DNA of 64,000 bases, taken from positions 90,523 to 154,522 of the forward strand of contig JAFGQU010000013.1 of the NCBI GenBank assembly GCA_016935525.1. Reading direction: 5' to 3'. This stretch comes from Candidatus Omnitrophota bacterium (lineage in GTDB: Bacteria > Omnitrophota > Gorgyraeia > Duberdicusellales > 4484-171). The stretch's first letter is position 1. The number at the start of each line of letters is the position of its first letter. Of this stretch, positions 26,980 to 37,613 are shown one piece after another. The position numbers and the translations under genes are program-made. The notes below the pieces were generated by a model. The model searched no databases and was not told the origin of the DNA. It was given only the letters and a program-made list of their open reading frames with translations.

Positions 26980-27644
26980 AAAAGGTATTGGTAGTTGCTC
27001 CCCATATGGATGACGAAGTCTTAGGTATGGGGGCGACTATCGCCAAACATGTCGCTGCCGGAGATGAAGTGCATGTGTGTATTATTGCGCACCGGGTATA
27101 TGACCATAAGTATGATGAGGAGACCAACCGTGAAGAACTGGAATCGACGAAAAAAGCAAAAGATATTTTAGGTTATCAACATTTGGAATTTTTGAATCTT
27201 CCTGATGAACGTCTGGACGGATGTGTGCAGGATATCCTCATTCCGCTTGAGAAGTATTACAATGAATTGAATCCGGATATTTTGTACGTTAATTTTTATG
27301 GCGATAACAATCAGGACCATCGGGCGGTGTTTTCCGCGGTACGGATACTTATCCGTTCGGCAAACACCTATAAAGTCCCGCGGGTGCTTATGTATGAAGT
27401 CCCTTCTTCGACTGACCAATCACCGCCGATACCGGATGCGATCTTTGTCCCGAACTTTTATGTCGATGTATCGGGGGTATGGCAGAAAAAGATCGAAGCG
27501 TTCCATTGTTACCAGAGGGAAAGGCGCGTGTCGCCTCATCCGCGCAGTGATAAGGCTCTCGATGCGCTTGTCATACGCCGCGGCGTCGAAGGCGGTTTTG
27601 AACGGGCCGAAGGGTTTATGTTATTAAGGGATGAATGGAAATGA
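26976..27644 (+). CDS. PIG-L/LmbE-family N-acetyl sugar deacetylase
   Basis: VVAPHMDDEVLGMG (HxDDE metal site) and the later HRAV / H-x-D motifs. Confidence 0.8.
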   Translation: MKKVLVVAPHMDDEVLGMGATIAKHVAAGDEVHVCIIAHRVYDHKYDEETNREELESTKKAKDILGYQHLEFLNLPDERLDGCVQDILIPLEKYYNELNPDILYVNFYGDNNQDHRAVFSAVRILIRSANTYKVPRVLMYEVPSSTDQSPPIPDAIFVPNFYVDVSGVWQKKIEAFHCYQRERRVSPHPRSDKALDALVIRRGVEGGFERAEGFMLLRDEWK

Positions 27645-28345
27645 TCAAAGTGCTTGGCTGTATTCAGGCAAGGATGGGGTCGCGGCGGCTACCGGGGAAA
27701 GTATTAAAAAAGATATCCGGAAAATCGTTGATTGTCCATATCATCGAACGATTGCGGGCCTGTAAGACGATAGACCGTATAGTGCTTGCGACATCGAAAA
27801 AAGAAGAGGATGACCTGTTAGAAAAGGTGGCTTGTAAAAATGGCATCGAATGTGTTCGCGGGTCCGAACAGAATGTACTCAAACGTTTTTATGATGTCGT
27901 TTGTCTGTACTGGCCGCATCATATCGTACGGATATGTGCCGATAGTCCCTTGATCGATCCCCTAGAGATCGACCGCATTGTACGCCACCATATACGTAGA
28001 GATGCCGATTATTCGTTTAATCATATTCCCGAGATGAATAACAGTTATCCGGACGGAGTAGGGGCCGAGATCTTTAAAAGTAATGTGATCGCGAATATTA
28101 TCAGACAAAAGACAACAAAAGCCGAACAGGAGCATATCAATGAGTATATCTGGAACCATTTGGACCGGTTCCGTATCGAGACGATAGCTGCTCCCAAAAG
28201 TATCGCTTATCCCGAATATCGTTTTGAAGTCAATACCGAGGATGATTTAAAATTTATACGTAAGATCTATAACCACCTTTATGAAGGGAAAGCCTTTAAT
28301 ACCCGATCGGTAATAGAATATTTAAAGTCACAATCGGTCCAATAA
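27635..28345 (+). CDS. acylneuraminate cytidylyltransferase-family protein (CMP-nonulosonate synthetase / SpsF-like)
   Basis: N-terminal IQARMGSRRLPGKVLKKISGKSLI is the nucleotide-binding motif of CMP-KDO/CMP-NeuAc synthetase-like cytidylyltransferases. Confidence 0.7.
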   Translation: MEMIKVLGCIQARMGSRRLPGKVLKKISGKSLIVHIIERLRACKTIDRIVLATSKKEEDDLLEKVACKNGIECVRGSEQNVLKRFYDVVCLYWPHHIVRICADSPLIDPLEIDRIVRHHIRRDADYSFNHIPEMNNSYPDGVGAEIFKSNVIANIIRQKTTKAEQEHINEYIWNHLDRFRIETIAAPKSIAYPEYRFEVNTEDDLKFIRKIYNHLYEGKAFNTRSVIEYLKSQSVQ

Positions 28346-28350
28346 AACGT

Positions 28351-29046
28351 ATGGAAAAGAAGGTCGTCGCTATCCAGCAACCCGAACATCTTCCCTGGCT
28401 GGGATTCTTTGACAAGATGAAACGTTGTCATGAATATATTTACTTGGATAACGTCCAGTTTAAAAAACGGTATTTTGAGAACCGTAACCGTATTTTGACC
28501 GAACAGGATATCCAATGGGTCACGGTTCCGGTAAAGACAAAAGGAAAATATCACCAGTATATTAACGAAGTGCTTATTGATGATGAAAAGCCCTGGCGCA
28601 GAAAATATCTGGGTATTATTCAACGGGCATATGCGAAAAGTCCGGAATTTGAGCGGTATTACGGTGAGCTTACCGATATCATTTCCCGTCCGGTCACGCG
28701 CCTGGTCGATTTGAATATTATGCTTATCGACTGGATAAGGACACATTTAGAGATTACGACACCGGTACGATGCGCTTCCGATATACGGGGATATCACGAT
28801 AAAGGGAGCGATTTGATCCTGGCGATTTGTAAAGATACAAAAGCCGATGTGTATATATCCGGTCCCGACGGCAGGAATTATCTCGATTTCGATGCATTTG
28901 CCGAGGAAAGAATCGAAGTCGTTTTCCATGAGTATCACCATCCGGTCTATCGACAAATGTCTGAACCGTTTCAAAGCCATATGTCAATCATTGATATATT
29001 GTTTTGCGGACAAAAAGATCAAATAGCCCAGAAAGTTTTTATTTAA
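28351..29046 (+). CDS. WbqC-like family protein
   Basis: The N-terminus VVAIQQPEHLPWLGFFDKM matches the WbqC family opening (MQP-Y/H-LPW-GYF). Confidence 0.7.
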   Translation: MEKKVVAIQQPEHLPWLGFFDKMKRCHEYIYLDNVQFKKRYFENRNRILTEQDIQWVTVPVKTKGKYHQYINEVLIDDEKPWRRKYLGIIQRAYAKSPEFERYYGELTDIISRPVTRLVDLNIMLIDWIRTHLEITTPVRCASDIRGYHDKGSDLILAICKDTKADVYISGPDGRNYLDFDAFAEERIEVVFHEYHHPVYRQMSEPFQSHMSIIDILFCGQKDQIAQKVFI

Positions 29047-29055
29047 AAAAGAAAA

Positions 29056-29850
29056 ATGATTTCTCAAAAGACGATTGAATATGGATTGCGCAAGGCAGGG
29101 TTGAAAAAAGGGGATACTGTTTTGGTCCACAGTTCATTGCGTAGCCTCGGGCCATTAGAAGGTGTCGATCCCGATGACCGTAATGGGTTTGTAAGCACGG
29201 TGTTTGCCGCGTTCTCCCGGATTTTAGGGTTACCTCGGCAGGGGACTTTAGTTGTGCCGACATTTACTCACGAGTACGCCCGTAATAATATCCCGTTTAT
29301 GTATGAAAAGAGCCCTTCGGAAGTGGGTTTATTCACCGAATACGTTCGTAAACAGAAAGGGGCGTACCGGTCGATGCATCCAATAAATTCGTTTTGTGCG
29401 ATCGGAAAGAAAAAACACGATATCTGTAAAGACGTGAGCATTTCCTGTTACGGATATAATTCTGTTTTTGATCGTCTTTATCAATTAGATGCAAAAATGA
29501 TGTTTTTCGGTTGCGGTATGTATCATATGACGTTGAAACATCATCTGGAGCAGATGGTGGCTTTACCTTATGTCTACACGAAAGCATATTTCACTCCGGT
29601 ATATAAGAATAACAAACCGGTAAAACTACCTTTTCTTGCGGTAGTACGGTATTTGAACGGGAGAGTCAACAACAACGATTGCCGGCAGTTTGAGCGTCAT
29701 CTAAAAAAGAAGAGAATGCTTACGAGTGTAGAAATCAGTAAAACGAAAATACTTCTTATGCGTATCCGTGACGCGTATGATCAAGGATATGAACTATTGC
29801 AGAAGAATCCCTGTTATTTTTTAAAAAAACCTTACTACACGACAAAATGA
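29056..29850 (+). CDS. AAC(3)-fold N-acetyltransferase-like protein
   Basis: LKKGDTVLVHSSLRSLGPLEG resembles the N-terminal motif of aminoglycoside 3-N-acetyltransferase-family proteins. In this locus it is a candidate amino-sugar N-acyltransferase. Confidence 0.55.
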   Translation: MISQKTIEYGLRKAGLKKGDTVLVHSSLRSLGPLEGVDPDDRNGFVSTVFAAFSRILGLPRQGTLVVPTFTHEYARNNIPFMYEKSPSEVGLFTEYVRKQKGAYRSMHPINSFCAIGKKKHDICKDVSISCYGYNSVFDRLYQLDAKMMFFGCGMYHMTLKHHLEQMVALPYVYTKAYFTPVYKNNKPVKLPFLAVVRYLNGRVNNNDCRQFERHLKKKRMLTSVEISKTKILLMRIRDAYDQGYELLQKNPCYFLKKPYYTTK

Positions 29851-30932
29851 AAAGCATTTTCATAACTGGGATGTTTCGTTCCGGGACGACACTATTAGCC
29901 AGAATGTTGGACGTGCATCCGGATGTCTCTGCCGTGTATCAGGTGATCACACCTTTTTTTCGGATGTGGCGGAATATTTTCCTTGGTGAATATGATTGTG
30001 AGAGGCTACTCCAGCTGCCGATGGGGAGTAATGTGTTATTCGATTTGGGATTATATGAAAAGTTCATCCAAGAAGCCTGGCGCGTTCGATTCGACGAAAA
30101 ACACATCTTACAGTTAAAAGAAGATCTATCGTGTGAATTGTATCGTGATGCTCATGAGAAACCGCTTTTAAAAAAAGGATTATTCGCTACGCTCACTCCC
30201 GGTGGTACGGTAGAAGATGTATTGATACAGCTTATCCGCTGTGTATATCCCGATATCGATGCACAAAAATATGTTGGGTTTAAAGAGATATGGTGTGAAG
30301 AGTTTATCCCGGTTTTACTTAAACTGTCTGAAGTCAAGTTTAATGCCATACAGATAATCCGTGATCCGAGAGGTGTATTTGCGTCACGCAATACCGGTAA
30401 TTATCTTAAAGAATGCGGCGGTAAACGGTATCCCTTATTGTTTATCGCCGAGACGTGGAATAGAAGTGCCGATATATTATTTCGTTGTAAGGATTTGGAC
30501 GGTTTCTTTCCAGTCCGTTACGAAGATATTGTTTCTTTTCCCAAAGAAACAATACAAAAGATCTGTGCATTTCTCGACATAGATTTTTATGATGATATGG
30601 CCAACCCGGAGAATTTTACCGATAGTAAGGGTAAACAGTGGAGGCCCAATACTACAGGAGACGATACTCGGCCCCGGTTTTTAAACAGTCAGACGAACTA
30701 TTGGAAAACCGCTTTAAATGATGAGGAAATCGGCAGTATCGAGTTTTTATGCGGCGAATCTATGGATACCCTGGGATACCAAAGAAAATTTACCCGTGAA
30801 CAGGCCCATCAATTATTCCTTCGATATCAAGAAGAAACTGATGAGATACATCCCTGGCTTGTCCCTTTGGGGTATGTATGTACAGCGGCCCGTAAAGAAA
30901 AAGAACTGGCAAAATTGGAACGTATTTCATGA
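29847..30932 (+). CDS. sulfotransferase-family protein
   Basis: The N-terminal 5'-PSB loop is IFITGMFRSGTTLLARML. A central RDPRG region gives a 3'-PB-like motif. Confidence 0.8.
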   Translation: MKSIFITGMFRSGTTLLARMLDVHPDVSAVYQVITPFFRMWRNIFLGEYDCERLLQLPMGSNVLFDLGLYEKFIQEAWRVRFDEKHILQLKEDLSCELYRDAHEKPLLKKGLFATLTPGGTVEDVLIQLIRCVYPDIDAQKYVGFKEIWCEEFIPVLLKLSEVKFNAIQIIRDPRGVFASRNTGNYLKECGGKRYPLLFIAETWNRSADILFRCKDLDGFFPVRYEDIVSFPKETIQKICAFLDIDFYDDMANPENFTDSKGKQWRPNTTGDDTRPRFLNSQTNYWKTALNDEEIGSIEFLCGESMDTLGYQRKFTREQAHQLFLRYQEETDEIHPWLVPLGYVCTAARKEKELAKLERIS

Positions 30933-31918
30933 AAGTAAATGTCGATCAATTCGCGTTAGATACCCGGATGAGAGGATTTTGGTGGCAATGGAAAAGAAGG
31001 TATCCGTTTTCGTTTATGCGTAATCGTATCGAATGGTACGCGTATCCTCAGTTTAAAGTCGTTCCGCGGTTCCCTTTACATGTGGATTTTGAGATCTCAT
31101 CTCTTTGTAATCTTCAGTGCCCGATGTGTTATCGTCCGCATCGTACCGATAGTAATGACGGGTTCATGGATTTAAATGCCTATAAACAGGGGGTCGACGA
31201 GTGCGCTAAATTCGATTTGTATTCGATCCGGTTAAGCTGGCGGGGAGAACCGACCATGCATTCGGATCTGGTCGAGATGGTCCGGTACGCCAAAGAAAAA
31301 GGGATAAAAGAAGTCTCGTTTATCACGAACGGTTTTAAACTGGATGAAAAACTCTCCCATGATCTCGTAACTGCCGGGATCGACTATTTTTCCGTATCGA
31401 TCGATGGAGTAGGCGAAAAATATAACGAGATCAGGTATCCGTCCCGGTTCGATGAGATGGTTAAACGTCTAAAGAATATGCGTGAGTTACGGGATACGAT
31501 CGGGGGGGGATATCCGCGGATACGGATCAACTCTATATGGAGCGCGATCAAAGACACTAAACAGGATTATTATAATACGTTTTCTCCGATCGTCGATTTT
31601 ATCACTGTTAATCCCGATTATGACCATTCGTTAAAAGATACCGGGATCGATCCCGACCATGTTTGTCAATATCTTTACCAGCGGTTGACCGTTATGTGGG
31701 ACGGTACGGTGCCGTTATGTATCTGTGATAAATCAAAAGAGGTAGTGTTAGGAAAGCTGGGTATCGATTCGTTATACGATATTTGGCATAGCTCGTTACT
31801 TAATAAGATGAGAGATCTGCAGAAACAGGGGCGGATAAGAGAGATAGTTCCCTGCACTAAATGTCAACGGTCGCTTACCGCGCAGATCGGAAACCAGAGG
31901 GACGTGAAGAAAAAATGA
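30929..31918 (+). CDS. radical SAM protein with C-terminal partial SPASM/twitch domain (paralog 1)
   Basis: CNLQCPMC is a CxxxCxxC motif. The C-terminus TVMWDGTVPLCICD ... CTKCQ gives a C-X12-G-X4-C first SPASM motif plus CxxC. Confidence 0.8.
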   Translation: MKVNVDQFALDTRMRGFWWQWKRRYPFSFMRNRIEWYAYPQFKVVPRFPLHVDFEISSLCNLQCPMCYRPHRTDSNDGFMDLNAYKQGVDECAKFDLYSIRLSWRGEPTMHSDLVEMVRYAKEKGIKEVSFITNGFKLDEKLSHDLVTAGIDYFSVSIDGVGEKYNEIRYPSRFDEMVKRLKNMRELRDTIGGGYPRIRINSIWSAIKDTKQDYYNTFSPIVDFITVNPDYDHSLKDTGIDPDHVCQYLYQRLTVMWDGTVPLCICDKSKEVVLGKLGIDSLYDIWHSSLLNKMRDLQKQGRIREIVPCTKCQRSLTAQIGNQRDVKKK

Positions 31919-32787
31919 AAACGATAATTATTGCTGAAATCGGTGAATGTTTTAACGGTGATATGGACCAGGCGAGAAAACTGATCGTGACCGCGAAAGC
32001 CGCCGGATGTGATTATGCCAAGTTTCAAACTTTGGATCGAGAAGGGATAGCCGAAGACGATCCGGAACGGGAATGGTTTTTGAAGGTAGCCCTTCAAAAA
32101 GAACAGTTAACACAACTGCAGAGTTGGTGCAGGGACGCGGGTATCGGGTTTCTCTGTACTCCGGAAAATAAGAAAAAAGCCGAAGAATTAAAAGAGCTGG
32201 GATGCCGGGAAGTAAAAATCGCCAGTACCTGTGCGTGGGATGATGAGTTGGTCTCTTATATATCGGAACATTTTTCCATCATTTTTGTATCGACCGGTTT
32301 ATCGACATTAGAAGAAGTCGATAAAGTCGTATCCCGTCTTAAAAAGCAGGAAAAAATATACCTTATGCATTGCGTATCGGAATATCCGACCGGCCCGTTA
32401 CTTACCCAACGGGGACTGCAGGCGTTATCTCATGAAAACGTGAATTTGCGGATGATGGATATCCTGAAAGAACGGTATCCCCATTGTGTAGTAGGGTATT
32501 CCGATCATACGGTGGATATAATAGTGCCGGTTGTCGCGGTTGCCCGGGGAGCGGGAGTGATCGAGAAACATATCACCCTGGATCGGAAAGGCCCGGTGAA
32601 TCTCTTCCTTTCCAAGCGCGGCTATAGCGGTACCGACCATGTGTTATCACTCGAGCCGGATGAGTTGAAAGAGATGGTCCGTCAGATAAGAGAAACCGAA
32701 AAAATATTAGGCGAAGCGGTCTGGCAGCGCAGTCCGGGAGAGAAGATCTTGATGGATTTTTTAAAAGGGCGGTTTTCTAATCCATGA
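31915..32787 (+). CDS. N-acetylneuraminate/pseudaminate synthase family (NeuB/PseI/SpsE-like) TIM-barrel protein, no SAF domain
   Basis: MKTIIIAEIGECFNGDMDQARKLIVTAKAAGCDYAKFQT matches the NeuB N-terminus (IAEIG-NHNG, AKFQ). At 290 aa it ends before the usual C-terminal SAF domain. Confidence 0.75.
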   Translation: MKTIIIAEIGECFNGDMDQARKLIVTAKAAGCDYAKFQTLDREGIAEDDPEREWFLKVALQKEQLTQLQSWCRDAGIGFLCTPENKKKAEELKELGCREVKIASTCAWDDELVSYISEHFSIIFVSTGLSTLEEVDKVVSRLKKQEKIYLMHCVSEYPTGPLLTQRGLQALSHENVNLRMMDILKERYPHCVVGYSDHTVDIIVPVVAVARGAGVIEKHITLDRKGPVNLFLSKRGYSGTDHVLSLEPDELKEMVRQIRETEKILGEAVWQRSPGEKILMDFLKGRFSNP

Positions 32788-33782
32788 AATATGTTTTTTT
32801 AACTCAAGGATCGCAGGCAGTCGGATACGGCCATGTATATGAGGCCCTCGCGATTGCCGAGACGTTATCTTCACCGGCTGATTTTATCTTGTTTGACTCT
32901 TCGGATATCGCCGAAACGATTGTGCGTCAAAAAGGGTATAACCGGATAAAAAGGCTAACTATGGATACGCTGGATACATGTGATATTTCCCGGGAGACGT
33001 GCGTGGTCTTAGACACCCGGTTGAACGATATCGTTCTCCAGAAGAAGATCCGCACACATGCCGGGAGACTCATCATGATCGATGAGTTAGGCGATAAAAA
33101 AGTCGATTGTGATGTCCTTATTAATTTCAGTATCTGTAAAGAATGGGTTTCTTCTTATCGTTACGAAAAAGAACCTCACTGTTTTTTCGGAGCACAATAC
33201 TATCCGTTACGCGAAGAATTTCTCTCTTTACCTAAAAAGGATAAGGGGCATCCGGTAAAAAGAGTGCTGATCAGCATGGGGGGAGCGGACCGGACACGGG
33301 CCACGTTAAAGATCGCCGAAAGTTGCGCATCGATAGAAGGCTGCGAATTTACTTATATCGTCGGCGGGGGATTTGAGTTTGGGTTAGACGAAATAAAAAC
33401 ATGTACCGGAAATAGAAAAAAACATCACATCATTAAAGATTCGTCCGATTTTGCCGGAATCTTAAATAGTCACGATATGATCATCACTGCCGGCGGAAAT
33501 ACGCTGTTCGAAGCCGCGTTTTGCGGGGTGCCGTCGCTGGTGGTATGGGAAGATGAACATGAACGGGTTCAGGGAGAAGCCTTTGAGCAATATGGAGTTG
33601 CTCGAGTGATAGGAAACGCCGGGGGATTTTCCGCTGAACAATTGCGAAATACGATAGAAAAAGTCCTGTCCAATCCTGCAGTACTGAAAAAAATGTCCGA
33701 TACCGGAAAGAAGCTGGTTGATGGAAACGGGTGTGAACGTATCACTCATATTTTAAGGGGAGTAAAAAATGTCAGTGTTTAA
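32784..33782 (+). CDS. PseG-like UDP-sugar hydrolase / GT28 C-terminal-domain family protein
   Basis: The N-terminus FLTQGSQAVGYGHVYEALAIAETL and the C-terminal GT-B half ITAGGNTLFEAAFCGVPSLVV resemble PseG (pseudaminic acid pathway UDP-sugar hydrolase). Confidence 0.6.
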   Translation: MKYVFLTQGSQAVGYGHVYEALAIAETLSSPADFILFDSSDIAETIVRQKGYNRIKRLTMDTLDTCDISRETCVVLDTRLNDIVLQKKIRTHAGRLIMIDELGDKKVDCDVLINFSICKEWVSSYRYEKEPHCFFGAQYYPLREEFLSLPKKDKGHPVKRVLISMGGADRTRATLKIAESCASIEGCEFTYIVGGGFEFGLDEIKTCTGNRKKHHIIKDSSDFAGILNSHDMIITAGGNTLFEAAFCGVPSLVVWEDEHERVQGEAFEQYGVARVIGNAGGFSAEQLRNTIEKVLSNPAVLKKMSDTGKKLVDGNGCERITHILRGVKNVSV

Positions 33783-34731
33783 TAAATATATGCAGACTTC
33801 TCAAGGGAAGCTGTTTGCCGATAAATATTGTAATGTTACCCCGGGAGAAAATGTCAGTTGCATACTCTGTGGTAGTCCTCAGGCGAAAGAGTGGTATCGT
33901 ATGGGTGATTTTATCAGTAAGATATGCCGGCGATGCGGATGCCGTTATGTTTCACCCCGGTTCAATGACGCTCAATTGGATGCTCATTACTCCGAAGATC
34001 TGTTTACCAAAAGTAAGGATTATGAAGGTGTTCGGCACAATATGCTTGATGAAAACGAACGTGCCCGTAAACGAAGCGATATGAAAGAAGAAATCCGGAC
34101 GACGATAGAACGCTGTCCTGACGGAGGGAAGGTCCTTGATATCGGTTGTCAGACCGGAATATACCTTCAAGCTCTTCCCGCATCTATAGAGAAATACGGG
34201 ATTGAACGAAGCCGCTGGGCCGCCGAACATACCCGCAAGATAACCGGTGCCGGGATACGGACCGGTAAGGTAGAAGACGGATATTTCGAACAGGGTTTTT
34301 TTGATGTGATCAATATGTCTTATGTCGTCGAGCATCTGCAGCATCCGCCGGTAATTATCAAGAAGATCGTCAGTTGGTTAAAACCGCAAGGAACGTTGAT
34401 CATATCGGTCCCTAATTTTGACAGTTTTTGCGCGAAGGTTTTCCGGGAGTTTTACCGGTTGGTCGAACCGCGTCAACATCTGTTTCTTACGACACCCGCT
34501 TCTCTACGGTATTTATTGGATCAAATGGGAGTGAAAATAGAGAAGATATATTATCCCTATTTCGGCACTTCCTATTGCCGTTTTTCAGAACAGTTCAGAC
34601 TTTTAACGAATATGATACGACGGATATGTCTGCCGGTTTTACTGAAAATAAACAAAGTTCCCGAAATACCGCGATTGATATCTCCGGCATTTTACGGGAA
34701 CATTATGACGGTAATCGCCAGGAAACGATGA
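33769..34731 (+). CDS. class I SAM-dependent methyltransferase with N-terminal Cys4 zinc ribbon
   Basis: CILCGS ... CRRCGC is an N-terminal zinc ribbon. VLDIGCQTGIYLQ is motif I. VVEHLQHP and LKPQGTLIISVPN are post-I motifs. Confidence 0.75.
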   Translation: MSVFNKYMQTSQGKLFADKYCNVTPGENVSCILCGSPQAKEWYRMGDFISKICRRCGCRYVSPRFNDAQLDAHYSEDLFTKSKDYEGVRHNMLDENERARKRSDMKEEIRTTIERCPDGGKVLDIGCQTGIYLQALPASIEKYGIERSRWAAEHTRKITGAGIRTGKVEDGYFEQGFFDVINMSYVVEHLQHPPVIIKKIVSWLKPQGTLIISVPNFDSFCAKVFREFYRLVEPRQHLFLTTPASLRYLLDQMGVKIEKIYYPYFGTSYCRFSEQFRLLTNMIRRICLPVLLKINKVPEIPRLISPAFYGNIMTVIARKR

Positions 34732-35579
34732 TGCAACTGGCTGCGACACAAGAAGATATGATCTATCAAGCCTATGTGCGTAAAAATGCGCCTATAGCCG
34801 GTACCGGGTATTTTATTTCTAAAGAAGCTCTCTTAAAACATGACACGTATGTCGTGCTTTATCATGCCGGAGAGCCGGTGCTCTTTTTCAGCAAATCTAC
34901 TATGCGCGATAAAGAAAAAACAATGCTTTCGAATTTCCTTATCTTAGCCGATGTATCTATTATAAAAACCCGTTCTTTATTAGAAGAATATATCAAGTCT
35001 CAGTCCGGACACTCATTTATCTGTGTGGTTGAAGAGTATCTTAAAGACGAATATGCGATGATAAATGACGGCCAATATGAAGTCGATCATATCGCGATCC
35101 GGATGTGGAATAAAGATGTGAGCCGATTCGCCTGTCCTGATCCTGAAAATATAACCATAGAACCGTTTCGGGTAGGGCATGATGAACAGCGGTTTGTGGA
35201 TATTTTTAATGAAACGTTTGTCGGATTATGTACACCGACGAATAAAGAAGAGGTGATCCGCTGGACTAAAGCTCCCGGCTTCTACCCGGACCTGTATCTC
35301 TTCGCGGTTAAAAACAAAAAAACTATCGGATTTATTGCCGTGGAAATCGATATCGATTCAGGGATAAGTTATCTGCAGGAGATCGGAGTCGGGAGAGAAG
35401 AACGTAACACTTCAGCCGCTGGGTTTTTAATCTGTACTGCTTACCGGTCAGTACGGGATAAAGGGGTTAAGTGTATGGGGGTCGGAGTACTCAAGCGTAA
35501 TGTGGGCGCGTATAAGTTTTTTTCTAAATGGGGATTTGAAGAGTTATATCGACGAATATTTTTGAGGAGGATCGTATGA
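34728..35579 (+). CDS. GNAT-like acyltransferase domain protein
   Basis: Start at ATG 34728, where its ATGA overlaps the methyltransferase stop. The 5' part of the six-frame ORF overlaps the methyltransferase in another frame and is rejected. The C-terminal FIAVEIDIDSGISYLQEIGVGREERN ... GVGVLKRNVGAYKFFSKWGF resembles GNAT motifs A and B. Confidence 0.45.
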   Translation: MMQLAATQEDMIYQAYVRKNAPIAGTGYFISKEALLKHDTYVVLYHAGEPVLFFSKSTMRDKEKTMLSNFLILADVSIIKTRSLLEEYIKSQSGHSFICVVEEYLKDEYAMINDGQYEVDHIAIRMWNKDVSRFACPDPENITIEPFRVGHDEQRFVDIFNETFVGLCTPTNKEEVIRWTKAPGFYPDLYLFAVKNKKTIGFIAVEIDIDSGISYLQEIGVGREERNTSAAGFLICTAYRSVRDKGVKCMGVGVLKRNVGAYKFFSKWGFEELYRRIFLRRIV

Positions 35580-36580
35580 TCTACTATAAAACGTCTAAAC
35601 AGGATGATCCGTATTTTGAATTGTGGAGCAGAAAAGAATGGTTATACCCGCTTGAGAATGCCGATGCGATGCAATTCCCTTTGATCGTCACGGTCGAACC
35701 GACCAATCGTTGCCAGAATAAGTGCCTGTATTGTTCCCGGCAGCTTATGACGCGTACATTCGGCAATCTTGATTTAGCAACTATGGAAAAAATCGCCGAA
35801 GAGTCAGGGCATCACCGGGCCGCGATTCGTCACGGCGGGTTCGGAGAGCCGCTTTTGCATCCGGATATCGAAAAGATCGTTGCGATCAGCAACAAATATA
35901 ATGTGCTTACGACGATCTTTACTAACGGTATGAATTTAAGCGAAAAGATGATGGAATCGTTCGTACGGAACGATTTATCTGAAATCCGGTTTTCTTCATC
36001 AGGTATCACACCGGATGTCCATAATAAGATACGCAGAAACAGCGACTATTCCCGTGATTTCGATGAGAAAATAAAGATGGCTCACCGGGTGAGAGCGCGC
36101 ATGGGAAGTAAAAAACCATTTTTTACGTTATATACAAACGTGATCGATTATAATGATTCTAATTTCCAGGAGAATCTCGAAATATACAGAGACCGATACC
36201 TGGAGTATGTCGACAAAGTCGATATCGATCTTACGATGTTTTCGCGGGTAAAACATCTTGATCATGTAAAGGACCTTTACTCTAAACAGACAGTCAACGA
36301 AGAATATAAAAAATGTGTCGGACTGTTTCTTAAGGTTATTGTCCATTGGAACGGAGATCTGTTTGCCTGCGACAAATTATATGATTTCCATGAAGATTAC
36401 TATTTAGGTAATTTAAAAGATGTCTCTATCGCGCAAGGATACGGATCGGAAAAGATGAAATATCTGCGTGATAACGTGAGCTTTGCCATGAACCATCAGG
36501 ATTTCGAGTATTGCCGGAATTGTTATACCAATACGAGTAAGTGGGATAAACCCGAAGAGTTTATCGGTAAAACAAAATGA
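35576..36580 (+). CDS. radical SAM protein with partial SPASM domain (paralog 2)
   Basis: CQNKCLYC is a CxxxCxxC motif. The C-terminus reads VIVHWNGDLFACDK ... CRNC. Confidence 0.8.
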   Translation: MIYYKTSKQDDPYFELWSRKEWLYPLENADAMQFPLIVTVEPTNRCQNKCLYCSRQLMTRTFGNLDLATMEKIAEESGHHRAAIRHGGFGEPLLHPDIEKIVAISNKYNVLTTIFTNGMNLSEKMMESFVRNDLSEIRFSSSGITPDVHNKIRRNSDYSRDFDEKIKMAHRVRARMGSKKPFFTLYTNVIDYNDSNFQENLEIYRDRYLEYVDKVDIDLTMFSRVKHLDHVKDLYSKQTVNEEYKKCVGLFLKVIVHWNGDLFACDKLYDFHEDYYLGNLKDVSIAQGYGSEKMKYLRDNVSFAMNHQDFEYCRNCYTNTSKWDKPEEFIGKTK

Positions 36581-37605
36581 ATATTTTTTGGGAAATAGGC
36601 ATATTATTTTTAGGTCTTCTTATCTTGGGTGAATTATATCTGCAGTTGAAATATACCCAGCGTATCCTTCAGAAAAAGAGAAGGATTCGAAAAAAAATCG
36701 ATCTTAATACGCAGGAAAAGAAATATTCCGAAGATCTGGTTAAGACTCATAGTAATGTTTTTCATAGAATAGGCTACGCATTAATTCCATGCTCGAACGC
36801 TGAATTTAATCATCCCGGCCTTTTCTCTGCGCCTTACCGGGTGCATGTTAATGCGCAGGGGATACGTGAAGAAGATGATGTGGTTCCTGAAAAGATTACT
36901 CCGAATACATTCGTCGGTATCTTCCTGGGCGATTCGGTTACTTTTGGATCGGGAGTACCTTTAGAAGAAACATTTACGAAGCAAACTCAGATGTTTTTAA
37001 AAGAACGAGGAGTGAATGCTCTCTGTCTTAATTTCGGTGTCGGCGGATATTCGGTAATAGAGAGTTTGCTTTCGGTTTTTTATCGCCGGGCTGAGGATTA
37101 TAGACTAAAATATATTATTTTCAATCTTACGATAAAATCTTTGTTTGATGCATCTAGATGTAACGATCCTTTAACGGGATATCATATGGAAGCGCGTCAA
37201 AAGTCATTTATTCTGCATGCGTTAAGAGTTCGATTGTCAGGAGGGAAATTGGTTTATTTGCATAAAAAAATGAGAAAATTCGATGATTGGTGTCGAACTC
37301 AAGACGTCCGGTTTATTGTTAATCTTTTACCGGCACTCTATCAAAACAAGATCCTTTCGCTTCAGACTAAAAACGAGTTTTCTTCTTTAAAATACACACA
37401 GACATTGGACTTTATGGAAATTTTAAAAAAAGATCAGAAATTAACCGTATGGGATTTTACGGAAGAATTTCTTAAATATGAGAAATTCGGACATTTTTAT
37501 CGTACCGGGGTAGATGGTAATTCGTCTGAGTTAGAAGTACATTATAGCAAAGAAGGAAATCAATTTTTGGGGCAACTAATAGCTCAGAAAATTTACGCAG
37601 AATAA
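36577..37605 (+). CDS. SGNH/GDSL-family hydrolase, membrane-anchored
   Basis: N-terminal TM helix. GIFLGDSVTFGSG is the block I GDS(x) motif. It is a candidate glycan O-acyl transferase or esterase. Confidence 0.6.
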   Translation: MNIFWEIGILFLGLLILGELYLQLKYTQRILQKKRRIRKKIDLNTQEKKYSEDLVKTHSNVFHRIGYALIPCSNAEFNHPGLFSAPYRVHVNAQGIREEDDVVPEKITPNTFVGIFLGDSVTFGSGVPLEETFTKQTQMFLKERGVNALCLNFGVGGYSVIESLLSVFYRRAEDYRLKYIIFNLTIKSLFDASRCNDPLTGYHMEARQKSFILHALRVRLSGGKLVYLHKKMRKFDDWCRTQDVRFIVNLLPALYQNKILSLQTKNEFSSLKYTQTLDFMEILKKDQKLTVWDFTEEFLKYEKFGHFYRTGVDGNSSELEVHYSKEGNQFLGQLIAQKIYAE

Positions 37606-37613
37606 AAAATAAT

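Noticed and set aside
34428-34727. 5' extension of the GNAT-like ORF that overlaps the preceding methyltransferase by 300 nt in another frame
   Set aside because: The overlap region translates to low-complexity sequence and covers the methyltransferase's conserved post-II motifs. An in-frame ATG at 34728 gives the ATGA overlap pattern used throughout the cluster.
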